Part shown: positions 17,705 through 30,100 of the stretch, in pieces | How positions within the stretch are numbered: the first letter of the stretch is position 1 | Layout of the letters: every line of letters begins with the position of its first letter | Source of the DNA: a virus | Direction: 5' to 3' (one strand) | IMG/VR virus record: IMGVR_UViG_3300044712_002690 | Coordinates: 96,001-160,000 of that record | Length of the DNA stretch: 64,000 nt | Notes under the pieces: generated by a model | Seen by the model: the letters and a program-made list of their open reading frames with translations, nothing else | Databases searched by the model: none | What the model was told of the DNA's origin: nothing | Made by a program: the position numbers and the translations under genes

Positions 17705-18146
17705 TCTTTACCTCCTTATGTACATAAATAGTTTGATTTAATTTAATTCCAAAATGATTTGCTTGTTCGTGCGTCATTAGTAAAATATCAATTTTTTTAC
17801 CTTTAATCAAATATCCAACATCTACACAAAGATATTTTACTCCATCATATTCAATAATAGAGTCTAAAGGAATAATAGTAGGATCAACAGCACAAATATT
17901 AAATCCTTTAGTTATGTAATATTCCATTGAGGGCCCTTTTGCTGTTAAACCAGCCCATTGTTCATTACAACAAGCAGAAGGGCAATATGCAGTTACAGTA
18001 ACACCTGTAATTTTTTGGCTACTAGTATAAGAAGCTGAAGCAGAAGCTTCCTTTTTTCTATCAAGTAATGTAAAGAGAATAATTAATGCAACTAGTGTAT
18101 AGAAAATAACTAAAAAAATGAGTTCCTTCTTTTTAATATAGTTCAT
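17697..18146 (-). CDS. 3D-domain (MltA-like) cell-wall protein, membrane anchored
   Basis: VTAYC, AVDPTIIPL and DVGYLIKGKKIDI. Confidence 0.85.
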   Translation of the reverse strand: MNYIKKKELIFLVIFYTLVALIILFTLLDRKKEASASASYTSSQKITGVTVTAYCPSACCNEQWAGLTAKGPSMEYYITKGFNICAVDPTIIPLDSIIEYDGVKYLCVDVGYLIKGKKIDILLMTHEQANHFGIKLNQTIYVHKEVKND

Positions 18147-18658
18147 TAGTATATTTTATAATACCTCTCTTTATTTTTTTGTGCAGCATCACTATGATAA
18201 GTGATAGCATTAACATAACCCCAGTTTCTATAATTACTTTTTTTAGATGCAGGACCAGCATTATAAAATCGTAGGGCTTCTTTTTTGTCTCCTTTAGCTA
18301 AACGGAGGCAATAAGCGTAATAAGGAACACCAACTCTAAAATTTACATCTGCAAAACGTAAATCTTCTTTAGGGCCAGGATAATTAAAAGGCATAATTTG
18401 ACCGAGACCTAAAGCACCAGAAACAGAAACTTGAAGAGGTACTTCTATCCATCTGGATTCTGCTTTTACAAGTGCAGCATAGTCATCTAGAGAAACATTA
18501 CTAATTTTACATTGGTATTGTAGGCAAGCATAAGCATGAAAACTCATATTTGGATAATGAGATTTCAATCGTAAATAATCAATCCATCCATCATCTGTTA
18601 TGGGTGGTTGTAGAAGCAATAAATTGAAAATTATTATAGTTAGGATAGTAATTTTCAT
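18146..18658 (-). CDS. Lytic transglycosylase (SLT domain) with signal peptide
   Basis: AES, GALGLGQIMP and ALRFYNAGP. Confidence 0.85.
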   Translation of the reverse strand: MKITILTIIIFNLLLLQPPITDDGWIDYLRLKSHYPNMSFHAYACLQYQCKISNVSLDDYAALVKAESRWIEVPLQVSVSGALGLGQIMPFNYPGPKEDLRFADVNFRVGVPYYAYCLRLAKGDKKEALRFYNAGPASKKSNYRNWGYVNAITYHSDAAQKNKERYYKIY

Positions 18659-19269
18659 ATATTAAAGAACCTTCTCCTTTCAAGAATCCATAAACAGCGT
18701 TGTGTATCTAAATCATAAAGATGATTTTCAATCTTTATGTATTGTTTTGAAAATTCTAATTGATTATTTGTAATAGTATTATCTACAAAAGGAAGTATTG
18801 TTAGAATACCACCATCACTTAGCTTGAATTTAAGTTTATTGTAAAAGCTACCCCAATATACAAAATGGTCTTTTTTAGGATCAAATTCCAAACTATTTAA
18901 TTCAATAAAATTATCAACTCTGTGTTTTTTAATCCATTTATACATATTAACTACATCTGTTTTTCCTTTTGGGAAAAAAGATTCTGGCCATTCAATGTCT
19001 TCTATAGCATCATAATGTTTTTCATAGAATTTAATGAAAACTTTAAATACTACTTCTGTTAATCTAGAATTATAGTTAGATAAGATATAGTAGAATAAAA
19101 ATATACTGAGAGATACAGAATTACAGAAATGTCTTAATCCCTTCTTTACTTTTCCAATTTGTTGTCTAACAAAAGATTTACTTTCTGTATAAAAAACTAT
19201 TCCTAATGCAAATAAACCGAAACAAATAATAAGTAATACTATAACACGAGCAATGTTAGTACTTTCCAT
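18655..19269 (-). CDS. Hypothetical membrane protein
   Basis: ORF track; two hydrophobic segments. Confidence 0.5.
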   Translation of the reverse strand: MESTNIARVIVLLIICFGLFALGIVFYTESKSFVRQQIGKVKKGLRHFCNSVSLSIFLFYYILSNYNSRLTEVVFKVFIKFYEKHYDAIEDIEWPESFFPKGKTDVVNMYKWIKKHRVDNFIELNSLEFDPKKDHFVYWGSFYNKLKFKLSDGGILTILPFVDNTITNNQLEFSKQYIKIENHLYDLDTQRCLWILERRRFFNI

Positions 19270-19325
19270 GTTGTTCTCTCTATATTAATTTAATATTAAT
19301 ATATCAAGAACAATTTCTTTTCTAA

Positions 19326-19823
19326 TTACCAATTAATACTATTTACTTCCGCTTCTGTTGTAGCAGCATCAATTTGAGCTTCAAGTGTCCATCTTTTTTG
19401 ATAAAGAAGAACACCATGTACTTGCATTTCGGTAATTAATTGTCTTAGCTCAGGTATAGTAACACCTGGTTTAGTTTCTGTATATCCTTTGTAGTCAGTA
19501 GATGTTAAACCTTGTAATTCCATGACAGCAATAAGACTATCAACATTCTGTAAGTCGTTTTTAATATCTGATCTTCTAAAATCTACTTCTATTCCTAAAG
19601 ATGTAGACATAAAATGACCAGCTCTAAATTCATTTTCAAATGAAACTAAGATTTCTTTTTTCTTATTTTCTTTGAAAGGGTTTAAATTAAGTACCCAATC
19701 AGTATAATCTTCATTAGGTATATGAAATTGTGACGGTCTTTGCTTTTTCATTTCTATATCAAGGTAATAACGTAGATCACCTTCATAATATTCGCCATCT
19801 TGTCTACTTATATAGAATCCCAT
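19326..19823 (-). CDS. Tail fibre assembly-like protein (DUF4376-like C-terminus)
   Basis: Ends ...LEAQIDAATTEAEVNSINW; follows the fibre genes. Confidence 0.6.
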   Translation of the reverse strand: MGFYISRQDGEYYEGDLRYYLDIEMKKQRPSQFHIPNEDYTDWVLNLNPFKENKKKEILVSFENEFRAGHFMSTSLGIEVDFRRSDIKNDLQNVDSLIAVMELQGLTSTDYKGYTETKPGVTIPELRQLITEMQVHGVLLYQKRWTLEAQIDAATTEAEVNSINW

Positions 19824-22043
19824 TTAGAAACCTCTTTTTGCTATCATGAATATTTTCCATTTAGATGCTGTAGCGGCAGCAGCGTTTCCAGTAGGGTCAA
19901 GAATATATGGAGTATTTGCTGCTGACCTATATTGAGCTGTTATTTTAGTTATTTTTACTGGACCTGTTGCAAATACACCTGCTGCACCAACAACTATAAA
20001 TTTAGCTATATCACCAGGTACATGTCCTAATTCTGCTGAAATATTCCTGCCATATACTTCTACGTCAGTTATTAAAGAAGTACCCATGTTATGGCTAAAA
20101 GATTGGGTTACGTTTGCCGCTGGCATAATTACATCTGCTGATTTATAAGTTCCATTATAAGCATAAGTTCTTACATCTGAAACTGCTGCTGCTAAGTTTG
20201 TAGAATTATAGTAATTTACAGTTGTATTTGCTGCATTAAGTGCTGTCGTTGCTCCTACAAAGTTTCCATCAGATTTCATAACAGTAATATAACCTAACAG
20301 GATATGTGAAGCTGTGGGGGCTGGCTTAGCATTTATAGCGTCAGTTTCAGTTGTATATCCAGCAGCATTTCCTGCAGCATCCTTACTATGTATAGTTCCA
20401 TCAACGCCTATTTCCCAACCGAATAATCCCCATTTATTTTGAGGTACAGTAGTCGCTGTTAAAGCTTGCCCTGTTACAGCAGCCTTATAATATCCTAAAG
20501 AAGCTATCTGATAATAGAAAGCATCTGTCTGAACCTGTGTAGTAGTTCCACTTATTCTTAGATTAGGGCTGGAAATATTTCCATCACTTGTGCTTCTTCC
20601 ACTTTCACACTGACCAATATAAACTGTTTGATCTTCAGACCACGAAGCAGGATTTCCATAATACATTTTATAATCATTTGTATTAAGCCAATGCACCGAG
20701 GGTGTAGTTAATGTAGTAGGAGCAACAAAATCAGCTGTCCACAATGCATATGGTAGAAATTCATAGTTATCAATATACCCTGTCATTGGATAACCAAAAT
20801 CGGCATAATAACCAAGCTGGATATATTGTGTCATATACAATGTTGCACTACTACTAATAACTGCATCAATAGTACCATCAACAAATACTCTATAACAAGT
20901 ACCATCAAACACTAAAGCTAAGTGATACCATTGATTTTGAGTCCAAGAAGTTTTAGTTCCAGTTACTCCGTTAGCAATAGTCCAACTACCAGTTGCACTT
21001 GTTAAATGAATAATTAATCTAGTTCCATTGTGATAAATAAGTGTACCAAATTGAAGATCATTTGATAGAATTGTTTGATTACCACTAATAGCATCTAGTC
21101 TAAACCAGCAATGTTGTGTCCATTTCGTTGATGGGATAGGTTGATTAAATCTCACATATCCATTAGTTCCTTTCAATCTAAGCGATGACGATCCTGATTT
21201 ATATTGAGTAGTAGATATTTCAGCGTTAGCTGCTGAAAAAGTAGCTACATTATTCATTAAATCAGTATATGAAGTTGCTGTATTTAATCCTTCAAAAGTA
21301 GCACAAATAGAACCAATCTGTGAACCTATGAAAGTAGTATCTGCATGATATGGGTAACTAGAGCGACCGGCTGAAAAATTTCCTGCTGATACTCTCTGAA
21401 AAAATAAGTAGTGTGTTGTGAAAGAAGAATATAAATTAATAGTTTGGTCCGTTGAAACTGATTCAATATAATCAACAGCACCTCCATTATTATAACCACC
21501 AGCAAAACCAATAACTGCAGCGGTCGGGGTGTTATCCATATCAACAGCAAGACCACTACCAGCAGCAAGGGCTGAAGGTAATCCAGAAGTATCAACTTTT
21601 CCAATAAAAACAGTATTTCTTACAGTTGTATTAATTGGTTTTATTGTAGAGTACAATACTTTCTTTTTAGAATAGGTGTCTGCACTATCTTCAATAACAA
21701 ATACATCTGCATCAACTAAAGAAGTTTTTTCTGTTAATGTAGAAATTTCTCCAGAAGACGTTAAATGTATAGCATTTAGGTCTGATGCTGAAACAACAGC
21801 CCACGTTCCATCACCTCTTAAATACATTGATGTGTCATTAGGAGCTTTAGGTGTATAACCATGTTTAGTTATTGAAACATCGTTAGTTGTGTTATTTGTA
21901 AAAGAAATTTCTGTTTCAGCAATACTATTTCCACCACTTAATACACCACTTCCATTATTTTTAACAATACCAGTAGAAGTAAATGTAGTAATGATTAATC
22001 CAGTAGCTGTAGCATTACCTATTGATGGGTTATCAATAATCAT
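19824..22043 (-). CDS. Tail fibre protein with ConA/LamG-like domain
   Basis: T/G/S-rich; WYHLALVFDG...FVDG and GYIDN LamG motifs. Confidence 0.75.
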   Translation of the reverse strand: MIIDNPSIGNATATGLIITTFTSTGIVKNNGSGVLSGGNSIAETEISFTNNTTNDVSITKHGYTPKAPNDTSMYLRGDGTWAVVSASDLNAIHLTSSGEISTLTEKTSLVDADVFVIEDSADTYSKKKVLYSTIKPINTTVRNTVFIGKVDTSGLPSALAAGSGLAVDMDNTPTAAVIGFAGGYNNGGAVDYIESVSTDQTINLYSSFTTHYLFFQRVSAGNFSAGRSSYPYHADTTFIGSQIGSICATFEGLNTATSYTDLMNNVATFSAANAEISTTQYKSGSSSLRLKGTNGYVRFNQPIPSTKWTQHCWFRLDAISGNQTILSNDLQFGTLIYHNGTRLIIHLTSATGSWTIANGVTGTKTSWTQNQWYHLALVFDGTCYRVFVDGTIDAVISSSATLYMTQYIQLGYYADFGYPMTGYIDNYEFLPYALWTADFVAPTTLTTPSVHWLNTNDYKMYYGNPASWSEDQTVYIGQCESGRSTSDGNISSPNLRISGTTTQVQTDAFYYQIASLGYYKAAVTGQALTATTVPQNKWGLFGWEIGVDGTIHSKDAAGNAAGYTTETDAINAKPAPTASHILLGYITVMKSDGNFVGATTALNAANTTVNYYNSTNLAAAVSDVRTYAYNGTYKSADVIMPAANVTQSFSHNMGTSLITDVEVYGRNISAELGHVPGDIAKFIVVGAAGVFATGPVKITKITAQYRSAANTPYILDPTGNAAAATASKWKIFMIAKRGF

Positions 22044-22048
22044 ATTTA

Positions 22049-23437
22049 TTACTCATATATCAATGTAACATTTATATTATTAGAACAAGTATAACATAAA
22101 CCTGTATAGAACGGTAAATCTTGAAAATCAATACTAGCTACACCTGCTCCTGTTGCAATACCTAAAGATTGGTAAAGGATAGTCCCACCTGTTGTAGTAC
22201 CATCGTATATAGTTAATACAGCAGAATTGTTTCCTGAATGCACAACAGCACCATGTAAATTCCCAGCACCATATTTGCAAATTACAGCTGCAGTTTGAGT
22301 ACCAGAAGTAAATTTAGATGTAGGTTGTGAAATAAGCGGACCTAATCTCCTAATTGAAGCAACACGACAAGTTAAAGTATTGTTACTTGTAATACCACCT
22401 GAGTTAACATTATCCATATAAACATAATGACTCATAGTAGCAGACCATGTAGCAGATGAGGCGCTAACTGTATGTAAAATTTGGTCACTTACTATAAACC
22501 AAACTTTTGAATTAGTCCAATAAATTTCATATGTATGAACTGTTATACCAGGGTCATATGTTAAACCTAACTTTCCATTAAATGATCCTGAACTAATTCT
22601 TGCTTCTGAAGTTCCCTTATTTGTTACAATACTAAAAGTTGATCCATCTAATTCAAAATATGCTCCATCAGTAATAGCAGGCATTGTAGCTCCCCACGCT
22701 ATCCCCCACCTTCTTTTGTTATTTGTAACTCCTGTTGATAATTGAACTACTACTCTAAAAACCATACCAGAAGCAGAAACATATCTTCCTCTTCTTATCG
22801 ATGTTAATACTGTAGCACCATTTGGAGAAGTAGTATTAGTAGCTAAAACAACTTGAGCATTAGCTTGTGTTGTTGTGCCACCAGCAGTATTTGTTACAGC
22901 CCAAAAGTTAGGGTCTACTGTAGTACCGTCAAATGAGGCTCCTACTAATCTAACGGGTTCAACTACTCTCATCTCCCCTATAGGAGTATTTTCAACTCCA
23001 AATCCATATAAATCTTGTATGCTTTTTATACCAACTTTGAAATTACTTTGTGCATCTAGTGTTCTAGGTACAGCTTCAACAATAGGGCATAAAATTGATG
23101 TTATTCTAAAAACTGTTGTAGCTGCAGAAGCATTATTATTTACAACTCGAACTCTAAAATAAGAATTAGTCGCTTGAACTGTAATTCCAAAAGAAGAACT
23201 AGCATAATAAGTATATGAATCCGATATATCCCAATGAGGCCCAGTTGGTGTTGTGTCAGGTGATTGATCTACATATACAGTACAGTTTTGATCAGCATAT
23301 AAGTTTACTTGTATTCCAGCTATTCCCAATGTACTATCTACAGTACCTGTATATGTACCACCAGCAGCCAAAATACCTGTTGAGGTATTAAGTGTCGAAA
23401 CAACTATATTTTGTTGGAATTTACTAAAGTAACTCAT
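22049..23437 (-). CDS. Virion structural / fibre-associated beta-rich protein
   Basis: T/G-rich; HTYEIYW lectin-like segment; within the fibre cluster. Confidence 0.55.
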   Translation of the reverse strand: MSYFSKFQQNIVVSTLNTSTGILAAGGTYTGTVDSTLGIAGIQVNLYADQNCTVYVDQSPDTTPTGPHWDISDSYTYYASSSFGITVQATNSYFRVRVVNNNASAATTVFRITSILCPIVEAVPRTLDAQSNFKVGIKSIQDLYGFGVENTPIGEMRVVEPVRLVGASFDGTTVDPNFWAVTNTAGGTTTQANAQVVLATNTTSPNGATVLTSIRRGRYVSASGMVFRVVVQLSTGVTNNKRRWGIAWGATMPAITDGAYFELDGSTFSIVTNKGTSEARISSGSFNGKLGLTYDPGITVHTYEIYWTNSKVWFIVSDQILHTVSASSATWSATMSHYVYMDNVNSGGITSNNTLTCRVASIRRLGPLISQPTSKFTSGTQTAAVICKYGAGNLHGAVVHSGNNSAVLTIYDGTTTGGTILYQSLGIATGAGVASIDFQDLPFYTGLCYTCSNNINVTLIYE

Positions 23438-23449
23438 TTAATTTAATCC

Positions 23450-26400
23450 TTAATATATTCTATATTTAGATCCAGTTGAATATATATTCATTGCACTATT
23501 AGAAGGAATTGTTTGTGAAGTTTCGTCTTCAATTGTTTCAGCACCAGTGCAAATAACATATATATCTCCAGGTGAATTATTGTCAATTATAAATTCTCTT
23601 CCTGTGTTTCCAATAGCTGTAGGAAGTGTTAGAGTTTTTCCTGCAGCTGTAACTAATAAAATCCTATCAGTTATATTAATATTATAATCTGTAGATATAG
23701 TTTTAAGTGCTTGAGGTTGTGGGGAACCTAATGATGCTATAATAGATCCAGATTGAGAAGCACTAAATGTTACTGTAAAAGCATTAACTGTACTATGCGT
23801 TATGGTATATGGAATAAATACTACACCAGTAGAAGTAATAACTTGTACTATTGGATATGATCCAAAATTATGAGTTACTGTTACAGATGTTTGAGTTGTA
23901 AATGTAGTTAATGAATAATCATTTTCGGATGCCCCAGTTGGAGTAGCCCAGTTTCCTGTTCCATCTAAAAATTGACTTGAATTAGCTGACAATCTGGGTA
24001 AAAACCCATGACCTGTACTTGTAGCATTCCATGTTGTAACATCATTTAAAAATAAATGAGTTTCTTGAATAGGAATAATATCACTATAATGATACCCATC
24101 CCAATAATCAGCATTTAATAAAGTAACTACAGTGTTTGATGCTACAGTAAAAGGAGAAGTTCCAGGAGATACGTCACTTCTAAATGTTTCAGCTCTTATT
24201 TGGAAGGAGCCTGCGTCCCAATTAGCTGATAAAGGTCTTGTTCCATTAGCTAATAAATATTGTGTATGATCATCACTAGTTAATCCAGTTAATAAACTAT
24301 GATTAGTTACTATTGCGGTATCTCTTGGGTGCACATGATCAGCTCTAGCAATTGTATCTAATGAACCTGTGCTAGATACACCGTTCATTTTTATATTACC
24401 AGAAGATGTTTCAAAATTTTGATTAAATGCAGTATTTTGAGATATACCCGTTATTGTAGTTGTTCCAGTAAATTGTGCAAATTGTCCAGTTGATCCAGTA
24501 CCTGTAATAGGATTTGTTAAAGCTTCTTGTTTATTATTAAATGTTATATAACCAGCAGAAGTTAAATAACCGGCTTGTGTTGTAGAAGCAGGTTGAGTAG
24601 CTATTGTATATCCGGCTGATGTTAAATGATAATATTCATCAGTAGTTCCACCTTGTAGACCAGATAAACCATTGTGTATATAAGTAGAAGATAAAGATAT
24701 TGACTCTGTTATACTATCAATTTGTGTAGCTGTAGAATCACCTTTTTTAACTATAATTCTTCCAATTAAAATACCAAAGGATGCAGTTAATGAAGGGAGT
24801 TGTGCTGGTGGTTTGCTATTAATAGCTTCAGCTAATACATAGTTTCCTTGTCCTAATACAATAACAGGTCTGTTATTTTGTTGTGATACACCTCTATAAA
24901 CCCAGTTAACTGCATATCTATTTGGATTAAGAGCGACTCTATTTAATCCATTATCATAGTAAGTATTATCATACTGAGTAGTAGTTGTTCTTGTCCATAC
25001 TCCTCCAACATGATACCAAAGAGCAATCTCTTGTCCAGGTGTAGAAGAATTTATAGGAACTAATGATGTGTAGCAAGCTCCGTACCAAACATTACCACTT
25101 GTAATAGTAACATATCTTGTTGCAGCTTCGCCTAATTTTAAACCACCTTGTTCTGGACTAAATCTTTCTGTTTTAACTAAACGATGACAAAGTTTATTTG
25201 CTAAACCATTTGCCATTTCATCCCAATCAAGATATAAAATAACTCCTGAAAGATTATAAACAGTAGCAATAGGAATAATATCACTTTGGTTAATCGGGGC
25301 TACTGTATCAATCAATTCAATAATTGGATTTCCACTATTGTAATTAGCTACAACATAATGGGATATTCCATCATCTGGAACTATAAAAGTATTTCCAGAA
25401 ATAGTATATCTATTTAATGTTGCAGTTAAATAGTCACTAGTAGAATATATTAAATAGTCACCTTGACTAACAATGATAATACCAGTGCTAGTAGATATTG
25501 TTGGTTTAATTAAACCACCCGCATTATCGTAATAAATTGATTCAGGTAACTCATCTATATGGTCAAATTCAGGATGTACTACACCGCTACTGGATAATTT
25601 TTCAACACAAACTCTACCAATGTATACACAATGATCTCTAAGAAGAATCGGTGTTGTAGGGGGTAATTCATTAAAAGACTCATCTTCATTGTAAAACTGT
25701 GTTCTGCCAAGAGTATAAAAAACTTGTTTAACATCTCCTATACTTCTATAAAAAAATCTATTTGCATATCTATGTTCAGTTAATTCAATAGTACCAGTAG
25801 ATCCTTGATAATTTGTATTACCATAAACAAGTCTATCTTCATAAACCCAACCAGTACTAGTATAAGTAACTCGAGTTAGTTGATCAGTGCTAGAATTAAA
25901 ATCTTGAACAACAATTGATGTAGCTCCTACATATACAAGACCACCAGAAACAAGAACAGTTCTTGGTGAAGGAGTCGATGTTACAGATAAAATTAATCCA
26001 CCATCAATAGATCTTCTGTAGGGTTCTGTATTATATAAAGATCTATTTGTTTTTGAAACAAGACCTAATCCAAATTCTCCTTGATCAACAGAATGTATAG
26101 TATTACCTTGTCTCCAACAGACAAATATTGTAAAAATATTACTGCCATTAATTAGGGTCTTATCATTTTCTAATCTTATGATAGGAATACCTGAGTTATA
26201 ATCAACGACTATATACTGCTCTATTCCATCAGTAAGAGTGAATGTACCACTTGCAATTGTATATTTGTGCAGTAATCCTGAAAAATCTGTAGTTGAATAT
26301 ACATAAGCATCGAATGAATTTACTGTAGCAGTCCCATCTCCATTATCTGTTAATATAGTCGAAGTAACTGGTCCCGCATTTCTATGAGAATAAGCTACTA

Positions 26401-27073
26401 AATTTTCTAATGTTATTTTTTTCTTAGAAAAAGAATCAATTGAATCTTCTAAAAGGACAATGTCTTCTTCATTTATATTTAATTTTTCTGTAAATGAATT
26501 AAAATCTCCTGAAGAAGTATTTAAAAAATAGGATTCATGGTGTCCATCAAGTGTATCAGCATTTCCGCTGGAAGTAGAATATCCAGAAGTTGTTGAATAC
26601 CCTGATGAGGTTGAATAATTTGAAGTATTAGAGTTATTAGAATACCCAGAAGAAGTTGCAAAATCTGCAGTGGCCGAAGTTATTGAACTTAAAGCAAATC
26701 CAGAAGAAACTGCATATCCAGAAGAGGTAGAATAATCTGATGCATTTACAATACCATCATCATTGGTATCATAAACTAATTTGGTCATATCACCAGAACC
26801 TGCTCCTAATGAAGCATAAAGATGTTTACCTGTTGAAGTATTCCAAATTAAAATTCTTCCATTTGCTTTTGCAGAAGAATCAACATCAGAGAGATCAGAT
26901 AAATTATGATTATGTCCAGTTGAACTAAAAAATGTAGAATCATATCCATCTAACTTATCAGAATTACCACTAGTCATCGAATATCCGCTACTTGTAACAA
27001 AACCACTACTAGTAGTAACAGAGGAACCTCTTTGTAAAAAAAGTCTCTGTGTTGTATTATAAATAGATTTCAT
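23450..27073 (-). CDS. Tail fibre protein with TSSGY repeats and an internal duplication
   Basis: 1207 aa; SSG[YF] repeats; modules shared with neighbouring fibres. Confidence 0.7.
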   Translation of the reverse strand: MKSIYNTTQRLFLQRGSSVTTSSGFVTSSGYSMTSGNSDKLDGYDSTFFSSTGHNHNLSDLSDVDSSAKANGRILIWNTSTGKHLYASLGAGSGDMTKLVYDTNDDGIVNASDYSTSSGYAVSSGFALSSITSATADFATSSGYSNNSNTSNYSTSSGYSTTSGYSTSSGNADTLDGHHESYFLNTSSGDFNSFTEKLNINEEDIVLLEDSIDSFSKKKITLENLVAYSHRNAGPVTSTILTDNGDGTATVNSFDAYVYSTTDFSGLLHKYTIASGTFTLTDGIEQYIVVDYNSGIPIIRLENDKTLINGSNIFTIFVCWRQGNTIHSVDQGEFGLGLVSKTNRSLYNTEPYRRSIDGGLILSVTSTPSPRTVLVSGGLVYVGATSIVVQDFNSSTDQLTRVTYTSTGWVYEDRLVYGNTNYQGSTGTIELTEHRYANRFFYRSIGDVKQVFYTLGRTQFYNEDESFNELPPTTPILLRDHCVYIGRVCVEKLSSSGVVHPEFDHIDELPESIYYDNAGGLIKPTISTSTGIIIVSQGDYLIYSTSDYLTATLNRYTISGNTFIVPDDGISHYVVANYNSGNPIIELIDTVAPINQSDIIPIATVYNLSGVILYLDWDEMANGLANKLCHRLVKTERFSPEQGGLKLGEAATRYVTITSGNVWYGACYTSLVPINSSTPGQEIALWYHVGGVWTRTTTTQYDNTYYDNGLNRVALNPNRYAVNWVYRGVSQQNNRPVIVLGQGNYVLAEAINSKPPAQLPSLTASFGILIGRIIVKKGDSTATQIDSITESISLSSTYIHNGLSGLQGGTTDEYYHLTSAGYTIATQPASTTQAGYLTSAGYITFNNKQEALTNPITGTGSTGQFAQFTGTTTITGISQNTAFNQNFETSSGNIKMNGVSSTGSLDTIARADHVHPRDTAIVTNHSLLTGLTSDDHTQYLLANGTRPLSANWDAGSFQIRAETFRSDVSPGTSPFTVASNTVVTLLNADYWDGYHYSDIIPIQETHLFLNDVTTWNATSTGHGFLPRLSANSSQFLDGTGNWATPTGASENDYSLTTFTTQTSVTVTHNFGSYPIVQVITSTGVVFIPYTITHSTVNAFTVTFSASQSGSIIASLGSPQPQALKTISTDYNINITDRILLVTAAGKTLTLPTAIGNTGREFIIDNNSPGDIYVICTGAETIEDETSQTIPSNSAMNIYSTGSKYRIY

Positions 27074-27103
27074 TCAACTTAATCCTTACCAGGAACCTAT
27101 ATA

Positions 27104-30100
27104 TTAAAATGCCCTTTCAGCTGTAAATTGTACATTCCATTTAGATGCTGTAACATTACCATAACTGTTGGCATCTAGTCTTTGTATACTGAACGAAGTA
27201 TTTACACCACCTTTGAATAAAAAAGTATTTCGTCTTAATTGTGTAGGAACAGGAACATTGACTGCTGATGTGCCGTCTGTCATTGTTAGTGGAGATTTAT
27301 CACCGGGGAAATATCCATATTCACTACTAACATTAATTATGTAACCAGTAGGAAAATATTTTCTAGTTCCAAGATTATGAGAAAATGATACAGTAGTATT
27401 TGCTGCTGGACAAGCTGTTTCTGCTGATTCATATCTTCCATTATAAGCATATGTTGTTACGGAATTAACAGTAGTCGCTAATATTGTAGCAGTTGTTATA
27501 TGGCATGTAACATTCGCTGCATTTAAAGCAGTTGTATTTCCTACAAAGTTTCCATCGCTCTTCATTACAGTTAGATAAGTAAATAAAATATGCGATGCTG
27601 TAGGAGCAGGAACAGCAGCTAAAGCTAGTGCTTCGCTAGCGTAACCAGCAGCATTACCAGCAGCATCTTTTGAATGTACTGTACCATCAACTCCTATTTC
27701 CCAACCAAATAATCCCCACTTACCACTTGGAACTGTTGTTGCTGTTAAGGTAGCAACTGCTGCTGCTTTATAATATCCAACTGAAGCAATTTGAAAGTAA
27801 AAGTTATTATGAACTACTCTTGCTGGTGTTATAACATCAATGATTGTTCCTGTACTAGTTATAACTCCATCTGTTGATACTCTTCCTGTTTGACATTCAC
27901 CCATAAAAGTACGATATTTTTGTGTCCAACCAGCAGTAGGATTTCCTTCGTACATTTTATACTTAATTGTATCAAACCAATGTACTGTTGGGGCAGTTAA
28001 ATCAGTAGGAGGAGTAAATGTAGTAGTCCATCTTGCATAAGGTTCGAATTGGAAATTGTCTATATATCCTGTCGCAGGAACAGAACCAGCCCCAGAATAC
28101 CCAAGTCTGAAATATTGATGTGTAAATATTTGTAATGCAGAAGAAGCTATTTGATCTAAAACACCGTCAATGAAGAATCTATAACAAGTTCCATCAAACA
28201 CTATGGCGCTATGGTACCAAGTTGCATTACTGTAAGTTGTATCATAACCAGCAAGAGCATTAGCAATATTCCAAGTTGATGCGTCACTGGATAGATAATA
28301 AGTCAATCTATTGGTTGCAAAAGTAATACCTAAACTCACATCTGCACTGGCATTGATAAGAGATTGTGTTCCTGAAGCGGAATCTAGTCTCCACCAAAAA
28401 TGAATTGTCCATTTTGAGGGTAAATTATATGGTACAGGTAACTGTACATATCCATTAGTTCCAGCCACTCTAATTGATGAAGAGCCAGATTTAAACTGAG
28501 CAGTTGAAATTGTACAGTTTGCCGCTGAAAATACAGCAGTATTACCCATTAAATCAGTGTAAGAGGTTGCTCCATTCGTACCTTCAAATGTAGCACAAAT
28601 AGACTGACCTTTATATCCTATATAAGATTGATCATATACGGGAGGATATAAATTAAAATTAAATGTACCGTCTCCATAATCTGGACGCAATTCATCAGTA
28701 GTATCGCAATAAATAAAAGGAGTAGCATATTCAGTTAGAGATCCTACACCATAATAATTAGGGAAATATCTAACAAAATCTACAGGACCGTTATAACTAT
28801 TACCTCCAGCAAAAGTAATACCAAACGGTGTTGAACCACCAAGTCCCTCTACAAAATCATTATCTAATGTAATAGTTAGACCACTTCCATATGTATACGC
28901 TGCTGTAGATAAAATACTTGGTACATTACTAGTATTTTTTCCATATATGACTGTTTGTCTTTTTATAGGAGCACAGGGAATAGCAATAGGTGACCAATAT
29001 GTAGGTAAATCTATTTCAAAGTCAGAGCCCGATGTATGAGTAGAATACGCAATATATAATTGTTCTCCATACCTAACAAGAGAATATGCAACATATTCTG
29101 TACTTGCTGCCCATTGTGGGAAACGAACACCTTGAGAAGTAATACCTAAAGTAAATCCATATATAAGTTTTTTACTATAAGAATCTTCAGAATCCTCTAT
29201 TAATAAAACATCAGTTTCTACTAATTTATTTTTATTTGTTAAATTTACAATTTCACTACTTACAGATTTATGAAAAGCATCAGCATCACCTGTGCTACTA
29301 AAGAAATTACTTACAAGTATTTTCTTTTTGTTATATGAATCATTACTATCCTCTATTAAAAGAATGTCGTTGTTTTCTGGAGTAACTTTTAAAGTTAAAG
29401 CATTAAGCTCGCTAGATATAGCTTTATGAAATACAGCTGTATCTGTTGCTTTAGTTGTGTCAGATGGGTGTCGGTGATCACCTCTAGTTACTGTATTTAA
29501 AGACCCTGCCCAACCTGCACCATCCATTTGCAGATTGCCATCTGTAATTTCAATCTGCAAATAATCATCTACTCTATCTAATGCACTTTGTACAGTAGTT
29601 TGTGATGTTGTAAAAAATCCATTAAAGTTAGTAGTGTCAGTATTAACCATAGAAGCGGAAATAGTAGTAGTTGGTGAACCTAATACTGAACCTGATACTG
29701 TAGCTACACGAACATTTAAGAAAGTAGCATCTACTAATCTCATTCTATTTTGATTAAACCCAGCAGTAGTGTTATAATGAAAGGTAAGCCTATAGAATGG
29801 TACAACTTCTTGGATACTAAGTCCAGCTAATCCTACTAAATTTGCAAATTGAAATGCTGCTTCTCCGAGTGTAGTTGTTAATGTCGCACTAGTGGATTGA
29901 CCTTGTCCTAATATAGCTATTACAGGTTCGCTAGTTGTATTAGTAGCACATAGATATATAGGAAAATATCTATTTGCTGTCATGGCAGAAAATCCGCCAG
30001 CAATAGCATTGTTAAATTGATAAGTTGCTGTAGCTATTGTTGCTGCAGTAATAGCAGCACCACCAGAAACACCAACAAAGTCAGTAGTAGTTAATTTTCT

